64,000 nt of DNA from Klebsormidium nitens (Eukaryota > Plantae > Klebsormidiophyceae), in assembly GCA_000708835.1 (NCBI GenBank), contig DF237067.1, forward strand, positions 124,001-188,000, written 5' to 3'. The notes beneath the pieces were generated by a model. The model ran no database searches, was not told the origin of the DNA, and worked only from the letters and a program-made list of their open reading frames with translations. A program made the position numbers and the translations under genes. Shown in pieces: positions 48,750 to 60,686 of the stretch (position 1 is its first letter; every line of letters starts with the position of its first letter).

Positions 48750-49061
48750 CCGTAGAGCGCCCAAAACCGGATCACGTACCATTAGTGGATCACCCCCGCC
48801 CTAAACTGGACCTATCTTGATCCAGTCTCGTATTTCCAACTGTCCAAAACTGGATCAGCGCTTTTGTGCGGAAAATCGAGGTTTTTGACTCCAGAGTATG
48901 ACCTAGAGTTGGTCAAATCTGGATCCAAGTGCATCGGCAGATAGCCCTTGAAAAACCTGGATATGTGGAGAAAACCGCACTTTAAATTTGTAAATGCGTT
49001 AAGAAATACTGCAAATAAGCGGTGCGAAAAATAAGGTGATCCAGTAATGGGCGCTCTACGG
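48750..49061. mobile_element. MITE / non-autonomous DNA transposon, Tc1/mariner-type (TA target duplication), 312 bp
   Basis: Perfect 14-bp terminal inverted repeats CCGTAGAGCGCCCA (48750-48763) and TGGGCGCTCTACGG (49048-49061), flanked by TA on both sides (48748-49, 49062-63). Subterminal inverted repeat CCATTAGTGGATCACC / GGTGATCCAGTAATGG, several internal (C)TGGATC motifs, AT-richer interior, no ORF. Confidence 0.85.
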
Positions 49062-49548
49062 TACTTTTGATCTATCCAACTTCAACGGCGCGCGATTGTG
49101 ACCGTCTATTCACCAACGCAAGGCCCTGCAAATGATCGTCCGGCCCGGCGGACTTTGTTTCTCTGACATCCTGTCAGAAATCCAAACGCTCTTTGGGCGC
49201 TTCGATGTTGAAATTGACAACAATTGACGGTCCGATTCGCTTCTTAGCCGATAAAACCGCGATCCGGAGATTCTAATTCCGTGCTCGGTACGTCTCTGGT
49301 ACGTACCAGGACTCGGAAAAGCCGCCAACTGGCATTTAAAATTTAAGGGCTTCGAAACTTCACAGTGTTCAGACTCAGTGCAGAAGTCTGAAGGACGCAT
49401 GGCAATTAGGCTGAGCTGCCTGATCCAGATGTTAAAAGGGTTGATGGAGGTGCCACAGCCAAAGATGGCCGCATAGGGAGGCTTTTGTCAATGCAAGCTC
49501 AGGCCCTCATTCGCACACCTGGAACTCACCCAGAAGGCGTTCTAGAAA

Positions 49549-52500
49549 ATGTTGCAAGTTTGTAGAACAGGTTTGTCAAGTAGATTCGGACAACTCAAGT
49601 GCAGCCCACGTCTGCAAGCCTCAAACAATCACGCCCTGCTTCGCTCTTTCTTGTCAGGCTCCAATTGCCTTCCTTTCCCTGCTCTGGTTAGCAAAGTGCT
49701 ACTTTGGGGACCTGGGCAACATACCACTCGATCTGGTAGCGGTGCACTTTCAAAAATACACTATAATTTTTACACGTCCAGTTTCTCACAATTCAGGAGT
49801 GCTGAGCGGGCCTGCTTGATGGAAACCAACGCCAACCACTCGCATGCTCAACCAGTGCCAACACAGGAGTCAACCACCCTGGACGCTTTGGATCCAGCGG
49901 AGCTACAATTGGTGGAAGTTGGCCTGCGAAATGCACTAGCAGCTTTGCAAACTGGCGGAACTAACGCTGCTGTCCTGTCAACTAGGATATGCCAGCAGCT
50001 CTTAGAAGGTGAGAAAGCAAAATCTGCTCATCAAGTATCAAACGCAAACTGCATACTTTCAGAAGTTGCACTTTGTTTGAGGGTGCTAGGATCCTTGTGC
50101 ATCAACAACGTGCGGCTGCTTCACCGTTCAAAATAAAATAAGCGATGCCTGTGCTTTAGATCAGACCACCGGCTGATTGGCTAGCGGTGGCCGCCCCTCC
50201 CTATTGTTTGATCCTTTTGGGTTTTCAATGCAGTCAATGCTCCTCATAATCTCGACAAACGTTGTGTCTTCTTGTTCCCCTTCAGAAGAACCAAATCAGA
50301 ATGAAGCTAGCGCCGCTAATGCTACCCCCGGCCATAGCCAGTCCGGAGTCTTGTCGCGTCCGCTTGTGCGCCACGTGGCGTGGGCCCTCTTGCAGTGGCA
50401 CAAGGCTGGGCGCTTCCCTGTTGAGCTGCCGCCCATTGAGGGCCTGCAGGAAGATCGTAGCTGGGAAGGGGAACTAGATGGCTGGACACGAAAGATAGAG
50501 ACAGCGCTTGGGGCCCTTCTTGAGGTGAGGAACTAAAGTCCCCTTTTGCTTGCTTCCCCCAGAACAGATCAGGAGAAGTCATTCCGGGGAGGCATGTTAG
50601 AGTCAAGCTTCACCACTGTTTCTTGGACCAAACATTTTTGCCAATGGAAACGCGGCGTGCAGATGTGGTGATGCTTCCAGACGGCCAGATCGGGTGTTCT
50701 GTAAGTGCTGTTCGTGGGCAGCTTGTAATCGATGGGACAATGTTGTCTTTTTCCAGGTTCGAAAAGCCGCTCTGAGTCTCCACGTCCAAGAGCCATGGTT
50801 CTCCCACTTGAAAAGTGAGCACGTCCTAACGCCTCCTGTACCGAGCGTTGCGTAAGGAATTGGCAATCCATCAATCTGTTGAATGCCTTTAGCAGCCAAC
50901 GTTTCAGGTCCCTAGTTTTCAGGTCTTTGCCGCCTTTTTCTTTTCAACGCAACTATATGGCCAGGTCATGGTTGCTAACAGCCGCCGAGCATGCGTCCGG
51001 TCCTTGTTCGTGTTCTTCGTAAGCGGATGATTGCCGTTCTATTTCACAGGCACGTTGTGTGGCAGGTCGCATTGCCTTCGCGACCTGCGCTAACAGATAC
51101 AGGAATACGGATACGAAGAATTGTCTTCTGCATCAAAAAATTTGTGTCTGTCGATAGGTCCTCGATTTATATTTGTTTCTCAAGACCGAAGAAAGGAACC
51201 GCAAGGCGCAGCTCAGAGCGTCTGACAGATGTGTAAAGCTTTCTGCAGGCGGAGCGAAGAGCGTGGAAGGGCGGTGTGCAAAAGAAGCGTATACCAGGTG
51301 ACTTAGGTTTTCATCCACTTCAAATCACACGGCGTTTGGAAGCTCGATTCTGGACTTTTGTGCTTTCCATAGCCAATGATTGGCACAATCTTCGAGGGGT
51401 GTTATGCGAAGGAGGACTCTGGGTAGAGCGCCCAGAGACCGAGTGCGTGACACTTGTCGCGTCACTTTCTGAGAGGAAGTATCTGCTGACCAACTTGACG
51501 CTCGCGTTTGGACCAAATGACCGATTCCAAAGTTTTTATGACTCCCACTGCAGGCTTGAAGTTGGAAGTATACTTTTGGTGAACGACTCCCTGCTTCTCC
51601 AAGTAAAGGTATGGCCGAGCGGCTTTGCAACCTTGCCTCTCAACGTGCGAAGCAGTACAGTCGGCAAAACGGCCGTTTGGAAGGACGAGCGTCTGTCCGT
51701 CACTCTGAATTTCCGAAGTCGCACTTACCCGTTGCGGTTTCCAAAGCAATCTACTTGCTTGTGGGCACGCGTTTGTGGCCTTCGTGACATCGTAGACTTT
51801 CCGTTCCGTTGGAAACATCAGAGCCATCTCAGTGTCAGACTGTAAGCCTGACTGCATTTCCCGTGGTATCTGCAACAGGCCTCCGTTAACTACGACAGCT
51901 TTTCCTCCCTCCTGGCACAAGAAGGGCTCCAACGCGTTCTACCAGGCTGCGCCTCGCATGTTGATGGTGAGCCGCCACCTGTCCTCCGTCTGCACCTTGT
52001 TGTAGAAAGTATTTCCAGAGGCGACAGCGAGCTTGCGTGCCGAGCTGGGACTTCTTGCTTTGCGCCTTGCTTTGCGGTACCTAGGAGCTTCTCTCAAAGC
52101 GCAATCATGGACAGCGCCAAAGTAGTCCAGTACGTCGAACAGGTAAACACCTCAGGACCGCATTACAGGGCGACCTGCTCGAGAGTTTGGTACTTGAACC
52201 TCATGTCGAAGTAGCTTTGAGCAGACTCTTATCTCGCCCTGAAAGTTGCTACACTCCACGATAAGCTGAGTCATCCGAGGACTGCACCAATGATCCTCGG
52301 CCATCGATCGCCAGTTGAGCTGCCCTGCATAAACGATTTCGTGAAAGTGTTTCCCCTACAGGCCTTGCATTTCCAGACTACTCAATGCCAAAACAAGAAA
52401 GCAACGGGACCACACAAAGAGAGACACCCCAAGTTTCCCATTCCATACAAGCTCCCCTCTGCCCTGGACCGGCAAAGTGCTTCGAATCCGTCCTCGGCGC

Positions 52501-54430
52501 ATTCCCAGTCGTCACGCGTTTCAAACTTTCTTTCCAGGCTGCACGGTGTATCGAGCTTTCTACACGGAAGAGCAAGAGAGGGCGGCCGGCGTTGTGGCAA
52601 TCCACGTGGAGCCTTGCCCAGAGGACACGCAACCCGTGCATCGTATCATGACTCTTCTGCAAGTAAGATCGCATCAAAAGGGCGCGTGTTTCACGGAAAA
52701 GAACGGTCGTTGCAGGCTTTTGTGACATGAGAAAGCAGCAAACGGGGCTCTCAAAAGACAATTGGTCCGTCCAACGATTACGAAGGAAAAGCTTCTGGGT
52801 GGCCGGTAGTATTTTGCAGACGGTTCCGGCATGCCACTGATGTCGTTTGACTGCTCTGCTCCGTGCGTCCATGTACCCAAGATGTCGTTTAACCTGTCTT
52901 TTGAATCGACGTCAAGTCTGCTTTTGTCGCTATCCCTCTTCAAGAGTTGTTGGTCCCTGATTGCAGGAGCTAGGACCGCGCCCCCTCTTTTTGCTGCTGC
53001 GAATGCGGAGGACCGCGGGCTCCATCGACGATCTGCTGGCCCCCTCTCGGGCCACCATGCTGGCGGCCTTCGACGCACTGAACGACCCCAAAAAGTAGGC
53101 CCATCGTCGCAGGTTATTTCGAAGTCGTGGGCAGAAGAATTTTCAACGATGCCTCGTCCAGCCTGCGTATTGCTGCCCAACTCGGTCAGGCAGACAGCCT
53201 TCGAAAAGGCAATAAGCCTTTTCGCACGTATGCCTTTTCATTTTCAGAGATGGTCAACAGAAGCCAATGAACGTTGTCTTCGTCATTAAACGGAAGCTTT
53301 AAGCCGTACTGCTCGCGAACCTCCGCCGGCGTCGCAAAGTCCGCCACGTGGCCTCGTCCTACTTGTCCTGCTGCAGCCGGCTCACCGTCGGCGCCCGCGC
53401 CTTGACGAAGCACGCCCACCGGTGCAGCCACAACTGGTGGGGCGTGCCCACCGGCTCAGGTCAGCTACCTTTACTTTTCTCAGAGTCTGATCGTCGATAA
53501 CTAAAAACGCAGTTTTGAAAAAGGCAGAGTGGATTGTGTGTGTCAGCCGAAATGATGCAGGCGGGTGCTTCGAAAAACCGTGTTCTTTTCAACAGGGTGT
53601 GCCACACAAGTTGTAGTTGGTGAGCCCTACTGATCATTCGATTGCACCATTCGGATATTGCTGATTCGAAACCAAACCCCTTTGAAAACAGCGGCTCATC
53701 ATGCGGACGGTTTGCTTGGTCAACAGTCCTGACTTTGGAGGAGCAAGCAACTTCAAATCTGCCAGCATTACCTTTTAGCCCATGATGACTCGACGACCAA
53801 CCTGACGTTCCCTTCGTCTGCGCTGCAGAGCAAGCCAAAAACGAGCACGCGCGAGCAGTCGTTCTGCGGATCCTGGACGGCGCGGTGTGGCAGAACGCGC
53901 ACCTTTTACCGCACGACGTGGCCGTCTTCGAAGCCCGCGTGGCAGAGGGGTACGGCGCGCGCTGGTCGGCCGACGGAACACAGGCACGTGCCGCGCAAAC
54001 CTCTCAATGCTAGCTCTGCACTTTTCGACACAGCCGGCCGCTCCATGGCATTTCCTCTTCCTCGTATGTTGTCCTCTTATAGTGGCTGGCCAGTAGCCTT
54101 CCTTTTAGAGGTGCTTCGAGCGGGAAGCGATTCTGAGACGACTAGAAATGTGAACTTGTGAAGTGAGTCAAATTTCGCCTGCTTCTAGCGTAGGCAGTTC
54201 TTATGTAGCTGACGAACTGCTCTTACAACGGTGCAGACTACCAGGACCTTTGATTTAAGCGGCGCAGAAAATGGAAGGTCGGAAGCCCTCTTAACCCTGT
54301 CTATCGTTTGTGGCTCATCGGCGAGCAAACGAAGAGATGAAGCGAAGTTCGAATGTTTCTCTTCCCCCAGTTCCGAGGCTTTCTGGAGCCGCAGATGGAA
54401 GGCGGCCACCAGCGAGGATGGCGGCACTAA
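49549..54430 (+). CDS. ASCH (PUA-like RNA-binding) domain protein with conserved C-terminal domain, plant RNA-binding ASCH family, ~499 aa, 11 exons
   Basis: Exons 49549-50008, 50286-50524, 50757-50814, 51249-51297, 51554-51608, 51879-51966, 52538-52662, 52967-53094, 53377-53459, 53829-53983, 54371-54430. ASCH core LHVQEPWFSHLKSGAKSVEGRC...YDSFSSLL..EGL.RVLPG...VYRAFYTEEQER..GVVAIHV. C-terminal LTVGARALTKHAHR...EGYGARWSADGTQFRGFLEP..GH.RGWRH*. The last intron needs a GC donor. Confidence 0.88.
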
Positions 54431-55579
54431 AGAAGCTTCCCTGGTCGCAGCCGGGGTCGAGCACTTTGACTGGCCAACGTTTGAAGACTCTCGGAGTCAG
54501 ACTCAGTGCATCGTTAGCAGTTCACATTCAAGGCACGCTTCTGAAAATTCAAGAGATCATCGATCTGGCAGCGTAGCAGTGCCCCTCGATCCGAGGAATT
54601 CATCACAGAATTGTTGTGACACGGAACAGTCTTGTTCCTCGGTGTAGATTATACAGACGCTGAAGAAACAGGAAACGAATTGAACACCAGACTCATTGAC
54701 AAGATGAGAGCTTAGCGAAACTTAGTCTCAGGTCTACGTAGCCGCAGAATCTTGCTCCTTGAAAGAGTGATGTCAAAGCTAGCTTGGGTCACAGTGTAGG
54801 GCGCGGCTTTGCTGACAACGTGCATTAGTTTCAGGCACGCAGTGGAGACGGCGCACACTGTGTCGCCGAGGACCAAGACTGGAGTGTCATCTGACACACT
54901 GTGTCAGAAAGGCGCAGTCCGGCAGCATTACACGGAGATAGCGTGCATGCGAAATAGTTGCCTAACTGCTCGAGAAGTCGCCTATCAGCCCTTTGCAGCA
55001 TGCGGGCATATGAATCAGAAGGTATCGCCAGGCATGGTTTTCGAGTCTCCGTACTTGGGCTTATATAACCGATTGGATTCGCAGTGATGTGCCCGCACCA
55101 TTGTAACTGCACATGTGCTACGTGTTGTACGTTTGAACAGACGGTGACCATTTTGAGAATTTGCACAATCCTAATCAAGCATGACTGACGGTACGTGCAG
55201 CCAGGCAACCAGTCTTTCGGATTGGATGTCGCCAATTGCTATAGATACGACGTACACGGCCTCCTTATATACCGGCCGGCCCACGTGTCCCGGTTTATAT
55301 GTTCGATGTTATATATGCAGGCGCCTCGATTGATGAAGATTCTTGTCGGTCAATGGCATACCGAGGAAATACCTAATACGACTGGTCTGGCGGATGTACA
55401 TCATTAACCCCTCAAGGTTCCGCTCGCTTTTGCAGATTCGAATAGTAGCTCGACACAGTGCATTCAGCCGCCCACTGAACGTTGCGCAGTGCTAGTGAGC
55501 AGATCTAGCAGTCTCGAGGGGCCCTGTCCCCAGGCGACTTGTAGACAGTGCTCGGCATGTGACGCTTTGCAAGCCGAAG

Positions 55580-57543
55580 CTACTCTAGGCCGCGGTTGGC
55601 GAAGGGCAACGGGATGGCCTCAGCTTCTTTGTAGTAGTCGTCGAGCGCGTAATACTCCCGCTCCTTGGGCAGGAAAACGTGGATCACAACATCCCCTGCA
55701 ATAAGTCAAGAATCTTTTTGAAGTTGCTGTTGGCCAAAGTACAGAGCTCCCTATTGTAAGAAACGGCCGCCTGCTCAAGCAAGCAACTGTGAACCAGAAA
55801 AGCAGGCGCGCCAGGCAGTGCTTATAGATTGCTGATGACGAACCGGACCACTTAACTGCACACGCTCCAGGACGAGGGTGAAGGGGCAACTCACCAAAGT
55901 CTACAACCGTCCAACTCTTGGGAGTGCCGTCGTCAACGTCATTCTCCGGCGTCCGCTGGAACTTTTCAAGAGCTGCCTCTCTGATTCGGCTCCTGCATAC
56001 AGCATTTCAGATGTCAGGAGAAAACGCATGGTGTGAAGGGCACGGAGGCTCTCACGTCACATACCGGCCGTCATCGTTTTGAGGTCGATGGGGGCTGCTT
56101 TAGCCAAAGCCAGAGAACAGAAGGTCTGCTTTAAAACGGCGGGCAAGTCTGAAAGGACTGAAACCGGCGGAGAATCGTTTCAGACACTTTGATTGGCAGT
56201 CCAAAAAAGTGGATAAGATTGAACCAAAGATACGCCAAAACTTCGCCAGAACCCCCAAAGTATTGGTGGTTTACTGTCCAAAGATTGTTAAGGGACACTC
56301 AACAAAGAAAGTGGTAGCCCACAAAGTACTTCAAGTATGCCTGGTGACTACGTGACGAGGTCAATGCTTACGACTAACATACTTTTACATCGACTTGACA
56401 TCGGAAAAGTCAATGAACTCTCCTTCAAATTACAATGAATCGACTCACATGATAAGAGACAGTGCCCGCGACCAAGATCGCCCATGACAAAGAAAGCTGC
56501 GCACTGAAGCCTTACCCAATTGCGTTCACTTGCGGCCTGGAAAACGCAGTCACAAGAACCATGACTCGGGTCCAGTAGACAAAGGGCGCAACATGAAGAA
56601 CTTGGACGTCCGCTGCCTTTGTCAGGTCCGCAATTTCAGCCATAGCTACTGCGACTGCGGGAGTGGAATAAGACAACTCATTGAGAACGGCCTGCTCGCT
56701 GATATTTTCGAACTGCATCCAATGGCCTCAGAATAGAGGGGGCAACCTGTGCTTTCAATCATGAGTGAATGAGTAACAGTTGCCGGTGCTGGCAAGGATA
56801 TGTCGTCACAGAAACGTCCTTCCTGAAACCCAGCAGATCCAAAACGAACGTTCGCAGCAGTCGTAGCAGTCGTGGCTTGAGCGATTCTTTGAAGTGCTGG
56901 AATGGTAGGACAGGTGACCCTTTCGGCCCAGAGTGTGGGCGCGTAGAATGCGGTTGGGAAAGCATTTTGCACACCTTCCTAATTATCGCACATGGTGGCG
57001 CTTCAACAGGGTCCCTGTGCGCTTAAGATACCATGTGCCAAAAGGCTCTGTGAAGGTGGCAACAACCAAATTTGAAAACAACTGATTGCAGAAAGAACCA
57101 CAAGACATGTCCTGACCAGACTCACACTGTTTGCTGTCAGTATCGTCCAAGTCCTCAAGCGCCATCACGTCAGGGTTGCTAACGACCATCTCCCCAAACT
57201 TGTCCCACAAACCCTGCAACTCTGATTCTTCCATATGGTCCCACTCAACGGTACTGTCTTGTTCCACTGCATCTTTCCTCGTTCCCCTGAGGGCACGACA
57301 GCAAACGGACCCTCGGAGAGTGGTAAAAGGTTGCGGTCGTGCCTGCAAGTCGTTCAAGTCATTTCCGCTAGCTACTCTATTTCTATGTAGTGATGGTTCG
57401 CTACTCTGTGGAGGCAATGTGGCTGATGTGAAGGGCCCTGAGACGGGCCAATTCGACGGCCCCGCTTGAGGTTGATGATGAGAAGATGCTAGACAGCAGG
57501 ATGGGCTGGTGGAGCAAACGCGTAAAGCAGCAGCAGAAGCCAT
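55580..57543 (-). CDS. IOJAP: Iojap / ribosomal silencing factor RsfS, plastid-targeted (~256 aa, 4 exons)
   Basis: Exons 57543-57126, 56654-56516, 55992-55895, 55695-55580 give FAVAMAEIADLTKAADVQVLHVAPFVYWTRVMVLVTAFSRPQVNAIG|SRIRE...SWTVVDFG|DVVIHVFLPKEREYYALDDYY, with a transit peptide at the N-terminus. Confidence 0.93.
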
Positions 57544-58224
57544 GGCGACAGACTTGGTTTCGAATTGCCCACCTGCTATTCCTGAATGGCCAAAGCCCTT
57601 CCCTACGCCACTTCCATATCAGTATTAATGCCGTGACGGCGTCAGTGATCCTGTGAACAGAGAAGCTTGCTCAGACGCGTCACAGACTCTCGCAATGTTG
57701 CTCAAGCTAGAGTAGGTAGATCACCTCGGGAATGGTGAAGAAAGTGTTAACGCCGATAACGGGGTGCGGTGAAATCGAAGAAGCAATTGTTCCGATCTCG
57801 TTGCGCGGCCGCCGTCAACGGCAGGCGGCCGCGGACTCTCAGGGGGAGTGCTTAAATATCAACGGTTGGTACCGGGCGTGCCGCTGCTGCCAATTGTTGG
57901 ATGGCGCGTGCGACATCTGGCAGAATGGTTGCCAACTGGCAGCTCACGCCTGTGAAAGACTGACACGCAATCACGGCAGGTTCAGTTGGAAACTAGGTAC
58001 GAACTGGACTCACTCAGCCATGTTTCTCGCTTGGAGCTTGGGGACCGTTGTTCGATGTTGCCGCTAGCTCCGCCCCAATGCCAGAACAAAAGCTTCTTCC
58101 TCCCATTCATTGCCCATTCATTCCGACAGCTTTGCAAGCATAATCTCTACGCACTATCCTTCCATTGCACCTCCTTCAACACTCTGATTTTACCTTCTGC
58201 AAAGCAATCCAAAAATCTTCCAAC

Positions 58225-59723
58225 ATGACGCTTGGTCACCACAACACGAACCCCATGGCCAGCACTGGTCTGATGGGTCACGGCCACCACACCACAGGGA
58301 CAGGACTGACTGGCACGGGCACAGGCGTAACTGGACACCATCATCACGGAACTGGGGCCCTGGGAACGGGCACTACAGGGACGGCGGGAGTCGCTGCCAC
58401 TGATTCAGGAGCACACGCCTCGGTGAGTTGTCCGAGGTTAATTGCAGCCCTTTGCTGAGATTGAGGGGGTGAGCTTCGGAAAAAGGACAGAAGTTGGACT
58501 GCATTTGGTAGAATTGGTGAGCAGCTTTAAGATCTCATCAATCAGGCTTGGGGGGGAAGTTCTAGGTAGGTTCATTGTAGAAGTCGCACAGAATCAAAGA
58601 GTACTTGGGGGGAAGCCTAGGTAGGGTTCAATTAGAAGTCACACAAGTTAACCAATCGCCATTGTTCACAACACTGAATTGCCATTGAGGTGTCCTTTCA
58701 TTTCGTCTTTCTGTCCTCAAGCGACGATGTTTGCCTGCTTCATTTCAATCTTGGGGCATTGCTGGAACATCAGCAATGCCGGATCAACTTGTACACTATT
58801 CGAAGTCAGAACCATTTTACCCCCCCTAGTCTTTGTTCATGCCGTCTTTGAAAGCTCAAATGCATGCACTTTTTTGGTAAAATCACAATGGGGTAGCTTT
58901 CATCTTATAGATGCCTTTGGACCTACTCTCAGGAAACTCTGTCAACATACACACGGCACTGGACAAACTTCATCTGCAATCCCCTCACTTTTTCTTTCTA
59001 ATATTTAGGCTGGTGCGAGCAACATGAAAGCCACTTTCAAGGAGAAGGTGGCCCATGTTAAGGCCGATGTTGTGGAGGCAGGCCAGAAGCTGACTCATCC
59101 CACCAACCCCGCATACAAGATGGCAGCCACTCAGGAGGTGAGTACTGCGTGATTTCCTGCCTTGCTTAACTAATGTTTGGAGGAGGCTTGGCTTTGCACA
59201 GACTCGAATTATGCAGTGACCACGGCTGTCTTCTCTACTTAGCGAAAACTACTTCATCCGACTTATCAGAACAATGTTCCACAGAAGGCATCAAGTCATT
59301 TTTGTAATCCAATGTCACTGAATGATAGTTGTACTTCGAATTGAAAAAAGTTGTAAATCAAGCATGACAACTGTAGTGTGGATTCCTCACAATCTTCCAA
59401 ACTCAACTTACTCTTCTTTCACCTCACGATCTTGATGCCCCACTCCTTACCATAAAGATGCAATAAGTTTTATCTCGAAAATGGTGTTTGAACAGATTTC
59501 GTTCAGATAAACAAACGCTCAAGGTTGGAAGCTGACTACTTCTAATTTCTTGCAGTCTGAAACCAAGAAGGCAGCAGCTACTGAGAGGAAGTTCCAAGAG
59601 CAAGCCCTGGCTGGTGCCAATGAGCACGGAAAGATGGCAAATGCTCGTCAGGGAGTGGCAAATGCTATGCACGGACACATGGGACACACGCACAACACGA
59701 CATACAACACGAACACATACTAA
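58225..59723 (+). CDS. Hydrophilin / LEA_1 (group 4)-like late embryogenesis abundant protein, 164 aa, 3 exons
   Basis: Exons 58225-58422, 59009-59137, 59556-59723 (all phase 0). N-terminal Gly/Thr/His-rich coil (GHGHHTTGTGLTGTGTGVTGHHHHGTG), then a charged Ala/Lys/Glu helix (ASNMKATFKEKVAHVKADVVEAGQKLTHPTNPAYKMAATQESETKKAAATERKFQEQA), then a His/Thr/Asn tail. No Cys or Trp. Confidence 0.7.
58547..58645. repeat. Imperfect 2-copy direct repeat (~57-bp period) in intron 1 of the LEA-like gene
   Basis: cttgggggggaagttctaggtaggttcattgtagaagtcgcaca versus cttggggggaagcctaggtagggttcaattagaagtcacaca. Confidence 0.75.
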
Positions 59724-60686
59724 GATTGAGGTTGCGGGTGAAAACTCATGTGGTAGAGCCTTAGCCAACTTGAATTTAAGATATTAATCTCATTCTAACC
59801 TCGTGGAGTATGACGAAGGGGAAATGGCAAAAGGGATCGAAACTATGACCACGTTGCAGTATAAATAAGTTAATGTGAAGCTATAGTCAAATTGAAACTG
59901 GTTGTATTATAGATATGATGACGGATATGTGCTAGGTCAGTAGGGTCACTTAAGATTTTGGCAGTTCGGGAAAACTGCAGCAATTGAGATATAGAATGTC
60001 AGAACTTGTGACACTTGTAACTGTTGACTTGTGCCTTGCATGTTTCCTAAGCTTGGAACTTGTAATACATTCTCCTGACTTAAAACATTCACCTCATGGC
60101 TGAACGCATATAAACAATCAATCATAACCGCATTGTGAAATGTAGCATTCTTTGTGCAAGTACCGAGATTATGTAGTAATACGTCACACGGATCGTCATA
60201 CCGGGCCACACGCGCTAGAGAATCACAATGCATCGTCCGACATGCTTACTTCAAGCAACCTGGAAACATGTGCCTGAACTCAGAGTTTCCGACAATCAAC
60301 TATCAATGTTGTGCAGCCTGGGCTCAAGGACATATCAAGGTCAAGCCCCCCCCGCCATTTATTCCATTAGCATTTAATCCGCACGAACAAGGTACACGCC
60401 CACCGTCGTTTAAGGCCAAAGTTATACATGGCGGCATATGTACCTACAAAGTTGCTTTCGCAAAGTGGTCCAAGTCCGGAAATTGAGTTTAGGATCGTGT
60501 CCTCGATTCGGAGGAATTGGCAATGCTGGACCTTGACATCGAAGCTTCCCAGGCGTTCATTCAAACAGTTTGCATAGAGTCCGACGAGTGCACCGAGGGG
60601 TTGGATTGACCATAACCTCTAAAAGTACCTTGGGCCTGGACCAATTACATGCAACAGTACTGGCCCAAACAAAGATACTAATGTTC

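Noticed and set aside
57544-58224. ABRE/CE3-like elements upstream of the LEA-like gene
   Set aside because: Only ACGCGT/GCGTG-type partial matches; no clear ACGTG(G/T)C cluster, so not supportable.
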